Source: an uncultured Clostridiaceae bacterium | GTDB taxonomy: Bacteria > Bacillota > Clostridia > TANB77 > CAG-508 | Reading direction: 5' to 3' | Assembly: GCA_949927585.1 (NCBI GenBank) | Contig: CATLFA010000002.1 | Location: 25,825-89,824, forward strand | DNA: 64,000 bases | Shown: positions 1 to 10,040 of the stretch, piece by piece | Layout of the letters: each line of letters opens with the position of its first letter | Position numbering within the stretch: the stretch's first letter is position 1 | Program-made: the position numbers and the translations under genes | Notes under the pieces: model-generated | Seen by the model: the letters and a program-made list of their open reading frames with translations, nothing else | Told to the model about the DNA's origin: nothing | The model's database searches: none

Positions 1-1305
1 AAAGTTGAAGAGGCTAGTAAGCAAGCATTAATAAAAAAGTTAAAAGCTAATGAATTAATGCCTATTCAAATTATACAAGTCGGATATATAGGCAAAATTG
101 GTAGAAGTCAAAAAAAGCAAAAAAAGAATGTTACTAATATAGAAGATATAATGAAAACAGCAAATACTACTAACATTTTCAATAGAAATCAATCAAAACA
201 GATATCAACAATAGAAAAGATAAACTTAGCATTAGCGGCAACAGAAAAAATTACACCAAGAGACTTAGTTATATTTACACAAAATTTTTACTTATTAAAA
301 AAAGCAAACTTCAATAATATACATGCTTTAAGTACAATAATACAAAGCACGGAAAACCTTTCATTTAAAGGAATACTAGAAGATATTTTGGCAGGAGTTC
401 AAGCAGGAGACTATATGTATACAACTATGGAATATTATTCAAATGTATTTCCATATATATATATAAATATGATTAAAGTTGGAGAACTTTCAGGGTCACT
501 TGAAAATTCACTTCAGCAAGCAGTAAAATATTTAGATGATTCGACAGATATAACAAAAAAAGTAAAGAAAATATTAGTACCAAATATAGCACAATTTATA
601 TTTTTGCTTTTTGCACTAGTAGTAGGTACACTAGTTGCAGTTCCTTCAATACAAGGAATTTATGAGCAAGTAGGAAGTACAGATAAAATCAATCCAATAA
701 CAATATGGTTCTTTAACTTTATACAAGGCTTTATGCTACATTGGTATATACCAGTAACAATACTAGTAGCAGCAGTAGCAGCAATAATATTTTATATAAA
801 TACACCTAAAGGAAAATATAACTTCCACTATTTCAAATATACAATGCCTATATTTGGAAAACTAATATTTAGTTTAGATTTTTCAAGATTTTTAAAAGCA
901 ATGTTATTAAACTTAAATAATGGAATGAGAATACAAGATTCTTTAGATATTAGTAAAAATGTTGTGAACAATTATGTATTTTTATCAATGGTAGAAACAT
1001 CAATTAATAACATTTTGATAGGGCAATCTTGGATAGAACCATTTGAAAAATCAGGATTATGCTCATCAATGATAATAGAAATGTTAAAAATAGGTATGCA
1101 AACAGACCTACCAGAAATGATGGAAAAATTAGTCCAATATATGGAAATAGATATAGACAATATACTAGACAAAATAATGAAGGTAATGCCACAGTTAGTA
1201 TACTCAATAGTAGGAATAGTGCTGATATTCTTTGTACTAGTAGTACTTGTACCAATACTAGAAGTATATATGGGTAATTTCATGTTTTCAGCAGCAGGAC
1301 TTTAA
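1..1305 (+). CDS. pilC: Type IV pilus / type II secretion platform protein PilC (GspF family), 5'-truncated by window edge
   Basis: Reading frame is open from nt 1; polytopic GspF-like protein with two repeated cytoplasmic/TM modules (e.g. 'GELSGSLENSLQ' and 'IGMQTDLPEMMEKL' blocks). Confidence 0.75.
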   Translation, partial: KVEEASKQALIKKLKANELMPIQIIQVGYIGKIGRSQKKQKKNVTNIEDIMKTANTTNIFNRNQSKQISTIEKINLALAATEKITPRDLVIFTQNFYLLKKANFNNIHALSTIIQSTENLSFKGILEDILAGVQAGDYMYTTMEYYSNVFPYIYINMIKVGELSGSLENSLQQAVKYLDDSTDITKKVKKILVPNIAQFIFLLFALVVGTLVAVPSIQGIYEQVGSTDKINPITIWFFNFIQGFMLHWYIPVTILVAAVAAIIFYINTPKGKYNFHYFKYTMPIFGKLIFSLDFSRFLKAMLLNLNNGMRIQDSLDISKNVVNNYVFLSMVETSINNILIGQSWIEPFEKSGLCSSMIIEMLKIGMQTDLPEMMEKLVQYMEIDIDNILDKIMKVMPQLVYSIVGIVLIFFVLVVLVPILEVYMGNFMFSAAGL

Positions 1306-1345
1306 GATTTTGCTTTGGCAAATAAAACAGTAAATAGAAGAGAAT

Positions 1346-1401
1346 AAATAGTGAATAATGAATAATTTGGGCAATAAGAAAATTATTCACATTCACTATT
1401 T
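1346..1401. repeat. Imperfect palindrome 'aaatagtgaataatgaataatt...aattattcacattcactattt', member of the AATAGTGAATAATGAATA module family
   Basis: Inverted repeat read directly; the same word recurs at 47031-47046 and 47138-47170. Confidence 0.6.
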
Positions 1402-1548
1402 ATTTTGGTGTATATGAGAAATCGACTTAAAAGTATAGGGATGATTATTTTCTTAGCTTTTCAAGAGAGAGTAGCAAGTTAGCAATAAGTTATGCAGAGC
1501 AAATTGCCTGCTCTTTAAAGGGATAGCTTAAATAGAGGAGGTAAAAGT

Positions 1549-2457
1549 ATGCAAATTGGAATAGATTTGGGAGGAAGTCATATAGCAGTAGCAGTAATAA
1601 GCAAAAGGAATTTAGTAGTAGCAAAACGAGAAAAAAATATAGAAAGTAGTGAAAATATATTCGATATAAAACAATATATAGTAGATAATATAAAAAAATT
1701 AATAACTCAAGTTTTAAAAGATATTGGAGCACCAAGCTGTGTAATATCAAAAATAGGAATATCAGCTCCTGGAAAAATAAAGAATAATATCATATATGAT
1801 ATGTATAATTTAGGAATAAAAGAATTTAGCTTAGTTCAAATATTATCAGAACATTATGGAGTAGAAGTAGTAGTAAGAAATGATGCAAAATGTGCAGCAT
1901 TAGTTGAAAAGAAAATAGGAAATTTGAAAGATTATGATGATTGTGTGTTTTTATGTTTAGGTACAGGAATAGGAGGAGCTACATTCATAAATGGAAGAAT
2001 GCTAGAATATACAAAGGAGTGGGGCTCAGAATATGGACATATGATAATTCAAAAAAATGGAATAGAATGCAAATGTGGAAATAAAGGCTGCTTTGAAAAG
2101 TATGCATCAATGAAAGCATTTAAAAGTGGGATAATAAATTTATTAAACTTAGACAGTAATATATCATCAGAGGATATATTGGAAATTTTGCTAAATAGAG
2201 TTAATGAAAAAGATAGAGAAATAAGTAAATATATAGATGAATATATAGAAAACTTAATTATAGGAATTTCAAATATAATAAATATATTAGGGCCAGAGGC
2301 AATATGTATAGGTGGAAGTTTTGTTTATTATGAAAAAATTCTATATACAAAGTTATTAGAAAAAATGAATTTAAAAAATTATAATGGTGTTAAACCAAGA
2401 ATACTATTAGCAAAAACACAAAATGACGCAGGCATGATAGGAGCTTTAATTAATTAA
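1549..2457 (+). CDS. ROK family sugar kinase (glucokinase-like)
   Basis: N-terminal 'GIDLGGSHIAVAV' ATP-binding loop and ROK zinc motif 'ECKCGNKGCFEKY'; RBS 'agaggagg' upstream. Confidence 0.75.
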   Translation: MQIGIDLGGSHIAVAVISKRNLVVAKREKNIESSENIFDIKQYIVDNIKKLITQVLKDIGAPSCVISKIGISAPGKIKNNIIYDMYNLGIKEFSLVQILSEHYGVEVVVRNDAKCAALVEKKIGNLKDYDDCVFLCLGTGIGGATFINGRMLEYTKEWGSEYGHMIIQKNGIECKCGNKGCFEKYASMKAFKSGIINLLNLDSNISSEDILEILLNRVNEKDREISKYIDEYIENLIIGISNIINILGPEAICIGGSFVYYEKILYTKLLEKMNLKNYNGVKPRILLAKTQNDAGMIGALIN

Positions 2458-2540
2458 ACATAAAAATCTCTTTTTTAGTAGAAAAAGGAGATTTTTTGTG
2501 TTATAATTAAATTAGAGGTAAATTCGAAGGAGGAAATACA

Positions 2541-3215
2541 ATGTTCGAAGGTAAATATGGTAAAAGCTTAACAATTGGATTAATAATAGGAATAATAATA
2601 ATAATAGGAGTTATTATATTTTTTACAGTTGATTATATAAAAAATTCTACAATAAGAGACGAAGCATCAAATGCAGTAGATAGATTTGAAGGAGAAGTAC
2701 AAAATAAAGATACTAATACAACACAAACAAATACAACCGAAAATGTAACTTTAAATATTCAAGTAGAAAATATAATTACAAATACAGAAAATAATGGAGA
2801 AAATAGTGGTACCAAAATGTATAAAGGTTTTCCAGTTGTAGGAACAATACAAATACCAAAAATAAATTTAGAATATCCAGTATTAAAAGACGCAAGTAAA
2901 AAAGCGATAGAAGTATCTGTTGCAGTAAATGGCGGACCTGGCCTAAATAAAGTAGGAAATACAATAATAATTGGACATAATTATAGAAATGGAACATTTT
3001 TTTCAAATAATAAAAACTTAAGTAATGGTGACAAAATATATATTACAGATGAAACAGGAACAAAACTAACTTATACAATATATAATATTTACACAACAAC
3101 CCCAGAAGACTCAGAATACATGGAAAGAGAAACTCAAGATAAAAAGGAAATAACTTTAGTTACATGCACAGATGATACTAAAAGCAGATTAATAATATGT
3201 GCAAGAGTAGATTAA
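2541..3215 (+). CDS. Sortase family transpeptidase (membrane-anchored)
   Basis: N-terminal TM segment; catalytic-His block 'IIGHNYRNG', 'TLVTC' active-site Cys motif and downstream Arg ('RLIICARVD'); RBS 'gaaggagg'. Confidence 0.7.
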   Translation: MFEGKYGKSLTIGLIIGIIIIIGVIIFFTVDYIKNSTIRDEASNAVDRFEGEVQNKDTNTTQTNTTENVTLNIQVENIITNTENNGENSGTKMYKGFPVVGTIQIPKINLEYPVLKDASKKAIEVSVAVNGGPGLNKVGNTIIIGHNYRNGTFFSNNKNLSNGDKIYITDETGTKLTYTIYNIYTTTPEDSEYMERETQDKKEITLVTCTDDTKSRLIICARVD

Positions 3216-3322
3216 AAAAATAAATAAGTTACTTTATGAATAAATACATACAGACAAATAAGGTACTCTACAAATTATAAATACTATTATTAAAAATATA
3301 TTGTAGATATATCGAAAGGATT

Positions 3323-3979
3323 ATGCAGATGAAAAAAGGAAGAAAAATTTTTTCAATACTATTAGCAATAGTATTAATAATAACAATTGTGTTGCTTGTA
3401 TTTTTAGTATATAAATACATTTCAAATTACATACTTACAAAGGAAGCATCACAAATAGTCGATGAATTTGAAAATAGCGTTATTACAGTTGCAATCGATG
3501 ATGAGAATATTAATGTAACACAAACAGAAGGAAAACAACAAAATACAATCAATTCAGGTAATAAAACATCTTCAAAAATTAAACATAAAGGATATGATGT
3601 AATAGGTAGTATACAGATTCCAAAAACTAAAGTAAAATATCCTATTGTAAATTCATCAGAACCAGCAGCTATGGATGTTGCAATAGTAATGCTTTATGGA
3701 GCAGGACTTAATAAAGAAGGCAATACAGTAATAGTTGGACACAATTATAGAAATGGGGGCTTTTTTGGAAATAACAAAAAGCTACAAAATGGAGATAAAA
3801 TATATATTACTGATGAGACTGGAAATAAAGTAGAATATGTAATATATAACAAATATACAACAACAGATTCAGATTTTAGCTATGCAACAAGAAATACAGA
3901 AGGAAAAAGAGAAATATCATTGTCAACATGTACTTCAGATAGCTCAACAAGACTTGTAATATGGGCTAAAGAAAATTAA
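3323..3979 (+). CDS. Sortase family transpeptidase, tandem paralogue of the preceding gene
   Basis: Same architecture: TM anchor, 'VGHNYRNGGFFG', 'ISLSTC', 'RLVIWAKEN'. Confidence 0.7.
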   Translation: MQMKKGRKIFSILLAIVLIITIVLLVFLVYKYISNYILTKEASQIVDEFENSVITVAIDDENINVTQTEGKQQNTINSGNKTSSKIKHKGYDVIGSIQIPKTKVKYPIVNSSEPAAMDVAIVMLYGAGLNKEGNTVIVGHNYRNGGFFGNNKKLQNGDKIYITDETGNKVEYVIYNKYTTTDSDFSYATRNTEGKREISLSTCTSDSSTRLVIWAKEN

Positions 3980-4199
3980 AAAATAATTAAAGTGTAAACT
4001 TGAAAAAATTATACGCAAATAAGCATAGTAGCCTTTTTCTAATATGAAAAATTACCATAAAATTTTTTGAAAAAATATTGGAAAATGCTTTGACTTTTAC
4101 CAGAATTTGTAGTATAATATAATCGGTAGTTGAAAAAGAGAATCAAAACCTTTCTTAACTTAACTAATATAAAATTTAGCAGTGAAAGGAGTGTCTTAC

Positions 4200-4769
4200 A
4201 TGTTTAGTGTAGGTGATAAAATAGTATATCCAATGCATGGTGCAGGTACAATAGATGCAATAGAAGAAAAAAATATATTAGGTGAAACACAAGCTTATTA
4301 TATAATAAAAATGCCAGGAGAAGTAAAAGTAATGGTACCAACTGCAAAAGCAGAAGAAATTGGTGTTAGAAATATAATTAGTAAAGAAAATGCAGGAAAA
4401 GTATTAGAAATTTTAGAAGAAAACGAAACAGAAATGTCTAATAACTGGAATAAAAGGTATAGAGATAATATGGAAAAAATGAAAAGTGGAGACATTTACG
4501 AAGTAGCAGATGTAGTAAGAAACCTTGCTTTTAAACAAAAAGAAAAAGGTTTATCTACAGGTGAAAAGAAGATGCTTAATAATGCTAAACAAATATTAGT
4601 AAGTGAGCTAGTTTTAGCAGAACATGCTTCACAAGAAGACGTTGAGAATTTAGTAGAAAATAAAATAACAATGTCATTCCAAGAATTTAAATCACCAATC
4701 CAAGAAACTGAAATTGGAAAAGATATAGTTAAGAAATTTATTCCATTTGATGGAACAACAAACTTATAA
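4200..4769 (+). CDS. CarD/CdnL family transcriptional regulator (RNAP-interacting domain)
   Basis: 'MFSVGDKIVYPMHGAGTIDAIEEKNILGETQAYYII' resembles the CarD_CdnL_TRCF N-terminal domain; RBS 'aaaggag' 8 nt upstream of ATG 4200. Confidence 0.65.
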   Translation: MFSVGDKIVYPMHGAGTIDAIEEKNILGETQAYYIIKMPGEVKVMVPTAKAEEIGVRNIISKENAGKVLEILEENETEMSNNWNKRYRDNMEKMKSGDIYEVADVVRNLAFKQKEKGLSTGEKKMLNNAKQILVSELVLAEHASQEDVENLVENKITMSFQEFKSPIQETEIGKDIVKKFIPFDGTTNL

Positions 4770-4782
4770 AATAAGCACATAA

Positions 4783-4812
4783 TAAAGAAGACGACCTAAA
4801 AAGTCGTCTTTT
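4783..4812 (+). terminator. Rho-independent terminator after the carD-like gene
   Basis: Hairpin 'aagacgacc-taaaaa-gtcgtctt' followed by a T-run. Confidence 0.7.
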
Positions 4813-4840
4813 ATGATATTATATAAAAATAAACTTTAAT

Positions 4841-4990
4841 TTGTAGGGAATAGAATCGCTCGTGTGTTATTTGAGGAATTTATTTAAATGAATAATAAAG
4901 AGTACAAACCTGAGGTTTGATGTAGGGGCTAAATTGGTAAGGAATGCCTAAGAGAATTTACCAAATTTAGCCCTTAAAATTTTTGCAGGT
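4841..4990. repeat. Composite intergenic repeat with ACAAACCTgAGGTTTGATGTAGGGG and GGTAAGGAATgCCTAAGAGAATTTACC modules
   Basis: Modules recur at 47071-47096 and 45450-45476; local GC is higher than the surroundings. Confidence 0.6.
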
Positions 4991-5081
4991 TTTTATAAAT
5001 TTATTGACTAAAAAATAACTTATTGGTAAAATATCACTATAAGATTATCAACAAATAGACATAAAACTAAGGAGAAAAAAT

Positions 5082-6860
5082 ATGATTATAAAAAATAAGA
5101 AGAAAATAATTTTAATAACACTAGTAATATTATTGTTTATAATAGCAATAACATTATTAGTATTAAATCAAACAGGAGTGATAAATACAATTATAGAAAA
5201 TATTAATAAGGAAGAAATAAAAAAAGAGATAAGCTATGAAGTATATAAACATGTAAACGGACAAACAGCAATGCTATTAGTAGCAGAAGATACAGAAAAT
5301 GGAATAGAAAAAATAATATATCCAAACAATGAAATGGAGTTATATTGTAATGGAAAAACAAAAGTAGCATTTGACTACAATACAGATATAACAGGAAAAG
5401 AAAGTTTAACATTCAAGCTAGTAAATACTTTAGGAGAAGAAATAGAAAAAACAATAAAAATAAATGATCAATTTTATTTAGATATGATAAATCATAGTAT
5501 TACAAAAGAAACAGAAACACAAAAAGTATTAACAGTAAATTATAAAGAGGGAAGTTCAACAAAGCAATATAAGATAGGGGATACATCAAACTGGGTTAAT
5601 TATACAAATACAATAAGATTAGATGATTATCAAATATTAGAAGCCTTAGGAAATGAAAGTAGAGAAGTAAAAGTAAGTTTAAGGCAAATAGATAACATAG
5701 GAAATGAAATAATAGTACTAATAAAATATATAATACCAAATAGTATAACATATAAACAGGAAGATACAGTAATAGAAGGAGAAAGTATATTAGCATGTGT
5801 AGAAAATAATAATTTAGAATCAGGAAATTATATATTTAAAGTAACAGGAACAGTACAAGAGCAAAATGAGCAAGGAGTGCTAGAAACAAAAACAGAAACA
5901 CTAGAATACCCAGTAGAACTATATAATTATAATGAAGACGCAAACTATATAGGGCAAAATTATACATTAGTAGGAAATACGGCATATATAGGAATGGGAA
6001 AAGCAAACTCAGAAAAGAGAATGTTAATACTAAAATATAATAAGAATTTAACAATAAGTGAAGGAATAACAATAACACCAACAGGAACAAATGAAAGTAT
6101 AAATGGAGCAACATACCTTTGCACCAAAAAAGGAATGTTTATATATTGTGCAGGAACACTAACCAATAATGGAACAATAACAATGACAGCAAAAGGGACA
6201 GTAAACCAAGAAGGAGAAGATGTATACTTATATAAAAACGAAGATAATACTTATGAATATATACCAGCAGTAGGTGTTACTGGAGCAAGTGGAATATCTA
6301 AATATGGAGGAATTCGCTTTCGTGGCAAAAGTCCAAGTATAGCGACAGATAGAAAAACTGGCGGAGGTGGCTCTGGAGGTTTATATAATGCCTATTTTAA
6401 TGTAACTGCTGTATCAGGAAATGGTGGAGCAGGAACATCATATTCTGGTGGCTCTGGAGGGGGGTCAGGTAACGGTTTGACACGTGGTAGCTCAGGAAGT
6501 TCAGCAGGAGGATATGGCGGAAGTGGTTATGTAGGAGGAGCAGGTAATCCAGGAAGAAATGGTGGACAAACAGGTACAGGAGGGCTTCTTATAATATGTG
6601 CAAATACAATTAAAAACAATGCAGTAATTTCATCAAATGGAAGTTCCACTATCTATGGATACGAATCTAGCGGTGGAGGCTCTGGAGGTGGAAGTATAAA
6701 TATATTTTATAAAAGTTCAATGCTAAAAGGAGTAATATCAGTAACAGGAGGTGCAGGAGGACAATCAAAAAATAGTAATGAACGAGGAGGAGGTGCAGGA
6801 GGAACAGGTTGTACTACAATAGGAAATATCTCCACAGGAACATTTGTAAAAGATGAATAA
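5082..6860 (+). CDS. Membrane-anchored hypothetical protein with a glycine-rich, beta-helix-like C-terminal region
   Basis: N-terminal signal-anchor 'KKIILITLVILLFIIAITLLVL'; C-terminal 170 aa dominated by GGxGxG/SGGGSGG repeats; locally GC-richer codons; no LPXTG motif. Confidence 0.5.
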   Translation: MIIKNKKKIILITLVILLFIIAITLLVLNQTGVINTIIENINKEEIKKEISYEVYKHVNGQTAMLLVAEDTENGIEKIIYPNNEMELYCNGKTKVAFDYNTDITGKESLTFKLVNTLGEEIEKTIKINDQFYLDMINHSITKETETQKVLTVNYKEGSSTKQYKIGDTSNWVNYTNTIRLDDYQILEALGNESREVKVSLRQIDNIGNEIIVLIKYIIPNSITYKQEDTVIEGESILACVENNNLESGNYIFKVTGTVQEQNEQGVLETKTETLEYPVELYNYNEDANYIGQNYTLVGNTAYIGMGKANSEKRMLILKYNKNLTISEGITITPTGTNESINGATYLCTKKGMFIYCAGTLTNNGTITMTAKGTVNQEGEDVYLYKNEDNTYEYIPAVGVTGASGISKYGGIRFRGKSPSIATDRKTGGGGSGGLYNAYFNVTAVSGNGGAGTSYSGGSGGGSGNGLTRGSSGSSAGGYGGSGYVGGAGNPGRNGGQTGTGGLLIICANTIKNNAVISSNGSSTIYGYESSGGGSGGGSINIFYKSSMLKGVISVTGGAGGQSKNSNERGGGAGGTGCTTIGNISTGTFVKDE

Positions 6861-6866
6861 ATATAA

Positions 6867-6900
6867 AAAACTGGAACAATATAAAATTGTTTCAGTTTTT
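6867..6900 (+). terminator. Rho-independent terminator
   Basis: 'aaactggaacaa-tataaaa-ttgtttcagttt' hairpin plus T-tract. Confidence 0.7.
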
Positions 6901-7004
6901 TATATTTATAGAGGAAAATGCCAAATTGCTTTGACTAATTAAGAAGGATTTATGTATATTGTGTCGAATAATATAAATATGGAATAGAAAGGTAGATAAG
7001 GTTA

Positions 7005-8792
7005 ATGCGATATAGTGATGAGTTAATAGATGAAATCAGAAATAGAAATGACATAGTAGATGTAATATCACAATATGTAGTATTAAAAAGAAGTGGTAGA
7101 AACTTTTTTGGTTTGTGTCCATTCCATAAAGAAAAATCACCTTCTTTTTCTGTGTCACCAGATAAACAAATATTTCATTGTTTTGGTTGTGGTGTTGGAG
7201 GAAATGTATTTCATTTTGTAAGCAAAATTGAAAATATAAGTTTTAGAGAAGCATTAGAAACACTTGCTGAAAAAGCTGGAGTAGAGCTTCCAACATTAGA
7301 GTCAGATACAGAAAATGAACTAATACAGCTAAAATCGAAAGTATATGAAATAAATAAGTATGCAGCAGAATTTTACCATGAAAATTTGTATAAAACAAAT
7401 GCAAAACCAGCACAAGAGTACGTAAAAAAAAGAAAAATGGATAACACAACATTAAGAAATTTCATGATAGGTTATTCAAATAATAGTTATAATGAACTAT
7501 ATAATATGCTTAAAGAAAAAGGTTTCACAGAAGAAGAAATACTAGCATCAAGCTTAGTTAACAAAACTAAAGAAGGAAAATTTATAGACCGTTTTCGAGG
7601 AAGGCTAATGTTTCCAATTCAAGATGTTAGAAATAGAGTAATAGCCTTTGGAGGAAGAGTGCTAGATGATAGTAAGCCTAAATATATAAATTCACCAGAG
7701 AATATTGTATATAGTAAAGGAAGGCATTTATTTGGTCTAAATGTTGCAAAAAAATACGAAAACAAAATGAAAAAAATTATTATTGTAGAGGGCTATATGG
7801 ATGCAATTTCACTTCATCAAAGGGGAATACACAATGTAGTTGCGTCACTTGGAACTGCGATGACAGATGCACAGGGACATTTACTTAGAAACAATAGTGA
7901 ACAAGTTGTTATTGGATATGACTCAGATGGAGCTGGACAAGCTGCAACAATGAGAGGTTTAGAAATACTTCAAAACATGGGATGTGATATTAGAATTTTA
8001 CAAATAGAAGGGGCAAAGGATCCAGATGAGTTTGTAGTAAAATATGGCCCAGAAAGATTTTTGAAACAAGTAGATAATGCAATTTCATTGGTTGAATATA
8101 AAGTAAAAGTTCTAAAAAGCAATTTGAATTTAGAACAACCAAATGACAAAATAAAATTTTTAAAAGAAATTGCAAATGTGCTATCGAAAATAGATAATAA
8201 CATAGAAAAAGAAGTTTATGCAGACAAAATAGCAAAAGAATATAAAGTATCTAAAGAAGCAATTTATGCAGAAATAAATAAACTAGAGAAAGCTAATAAA
8301 CCAGCAAGTAAACTACTAGAAAAGTCTAAGCCAAGAATAGAAGTAAAAACACAAAATATTATTAATGAGCAAATAGATAAAAGAGAAAAATTAGCAATAT
8401 ATTTATTAATTAATTATCCAAATGAAAGTTATGAAATAATAAGGAGAAACATAAATATTAATGACTTTAAAAATGAAAAAAATAAGAATATTGTAAAAAA
8501 ATTGTATGAAGAACTAGAAAAAGGAAACAGTAATATTAACAATGTTTTAGATTGGTTTGAAGATGAACAAACAATTAATTATATTTCTTGGATTCTAGCA
8601 TATGATTTTGAAATAACAGAACTTAATAAATGTATAACAGACTTAATAAATATATATGCAAAGCAAAACTTAATAGATCAAAGAAATGAAGTAATAAAAC
8701 AGCTAGAAAGAAACGACTTAAGTAAAGAAGAAAGCGAGCAATTAGAAATGATGTTAAATGAAATAATAATTAAGCTTGCAAAAATGAAATAG
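7005..8792 (+). CDS. dnaG: DNA primase
   Basis: Zinc-ribbon 'CPFHKEKSPSFSV...HCFGCG', TOPRIM region 'IIVEGYMDAISL'; followed immediately by sigA as in the conserved dnaG-sigA operon. Confidence 0.95.
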   Translation: MRYSDELIDEIRNRNDIVDVISQYVVLKRSGRNFFGLCPFHKEKSPSFSVSPDKQIFHCFGCGVGGNVFHFVSKIENISFREALETLAEKAGVELPTLESDTENELIQLKSKVYEINKYAAEFYHENLYKTNAKPAQEYVKKRKMDNTTLRNFMIGYSNNSYNELYNMLKEKGFTEEEILASSLVNKTKEGKFIDRFRGRLMFPIQDVRNRVIAFGGRVLDDSKPKYINSPENIVYSKGRHLFGLNVAKKYENKMKKIIIVEGYMDAISLHQRGIHNVVASLGTAMTDAQGHLLRNNSEQVVIGYDSDGAGQAATMRGLEILQNMGCDIRILQIEGAKDPDEFVVKYGPERFLKQVDNAISLVEYKVKVLKSNLNLEQPNDKIKFLKEIANVLSKIDNNIEKEVYADKIAKEYKVSKEAIYAEINKLEKANKPASKLLEKSKPRIEVKTQNIINEQIDKREKLAIYLLINYPNESYEIIRRNININDFKNEKNKNIVKKLYEELEKGNSNINNVLDWFEDEQTINYISWILAYDFEITELNKCITDLINIYAKQNLIDQRNEVIKQLERNDLSKEESEQLEMMLNEIIIKLAKMK

Positions 8793-8804
8793 GAGGGGTT
8801 ATTT

Positions 8805-9986
8805 GTGAAGAAATCTGAAAGTTCAGAAGGAATAATTGAAGAAAAAGCAAATAATAAAACTACAAAGAAACAAATTGTAGAAAAAGGAATAGATAAAAAA
8901 GAAGAAAAAATAGAAGAAACTGTAAATAAAATAGTAGAAAAAGCGAAATTAAATGATGGGGAAATTACAATAGGGGAACTTGCAAATGAATTAGAAGACA
9001 CAAACCCTGAACAATTAGATAAAATTTTTGATGCATTTGAAGAAATAGGAGTAGACCTATTACAAGAAGAACTAGACGAACCAGACATAGAAGACCTTAA
9101 AGAAGTAGAAGATATAAAGCTAGAAGAAATTGACTTAACAGCAGGAATAGATGGAGTAAATGTAGATGACCCAGTAAGAATGTATTTAAGAGAAATAGGA
9201 AAAATACCATTACTTAGTTATGAAGAAGAATTAGATCTTGCACAAAAAGTATTAGATGGAGATGAATATGCAAAACAAAAACTTGCAGAATCTAACTTAA
9301 GGCTTGTTGTAAGTATAGCAAAAAAATATGTAGGTAGAGGAATGTTGTTCTTAGACTTAATTCAAGAAGGAAATATGGGATTAATAAAAGCAGTAGAAAA
9401 ATTTGATTATACAAAAGGTTTCAAATTTAGTACTTATGCTACTTGGTGGATACGTCAAGCAATAACAAGAGCAATTGCAGACCAAGCAAGAACAATAAGA
9501 ATTCCAGTGCACATGGTAGAAACAATAAACAAATTAATTCGTACATCAAGACATTTATTACAACAATTAGGAAGAGAGCCAAGCCAAGAAGAAATAGCAA
9601 AAGAAATGGAAATATCAGTAGAAAAAGTAGCAGAAATACAAAAAATAGCACAAGACCCAGTATCATTAGAAACACCAATAGGAGAAGAAGATGATAGTCA
9701 TTTAGGAGATTTTATTCAAGATGATGACAGCCCAGCACCACAAGACTCAGCAGCATATACACTTTTAAAAGAACAATTAGAAGAAGTAATGGGAACATTA
9801 ACACAAAGAGAGGCAAAAGTACTAAAATTAAGGTTTGGATTAGAAGATGGAAAAGCACGTACACTAGAAGAAGTAGGAAGAGAATTCATGGTAACACGTG
9901 AAAGAATAAGACAAATAGAAGCAAAAGCCCTAAGAAAATTAAGACATCCATCACGTTCTAAAAAATTAAGAGATTATATGAACTAA
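8805..9986 (+). CDS. sigA: RNA polymerase primary sigma factor
   Basis: Regions 2-4 conserved ('[27 protein letters not shown]', '[29 protein letters not shown]'); GTG start with RBS 'aggagggg'. Confidence 0.95.
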   Translation: MKKSESSEGIIEEKANNKTTKKQIVEKGIDKKEEKIEETVNKIVEKAKLNDGEITIGELANELEDTNPEQLDKIFDAFEEIGVDLLQEELDEPDIEDLKEVEDIKLEEIDLTAGIDGVNVDDPVRMYLREIGKIPLLSYEEELDLAQKVLDGDEYAKQKLAESNLRLVVSIAKKYVGRGMLFLDLIQEGNMGLIKAVEKFDYTKGFKFSTYATWWIRQAITRAIADQARTIRIPVHMVETINKLIRTSRHLLQQLGREPSQEEIAKEMEISVEKVAEIQKIAQDPVSLETPIGEEDDSHLGDFIQDDDSPAPQDSAAYTLLKEQLEEVMGTLTQREAKVLKLRFGLEDGKARTLEEVGREFMVTRERIRQIEAKALRKLRHPSRSKKLRDYMN

Positions 9987-9989
9987 AAT

Positions 9990-10036
9990 AAAATTAAGAA
10001 TTGCTTTGCAATTCTTAATTTTATTTTTATATTTAT
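9990..10036. terminator. Bidirectional terminator between convergent sigA and the SPFH gene
   Basis: 'aattaagaattgc-tttg-caattcttaatt' hairpin flanked by A/T runs on both sides. Confidence 0.7.
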
Positions 10037-10040
10037 ATGA

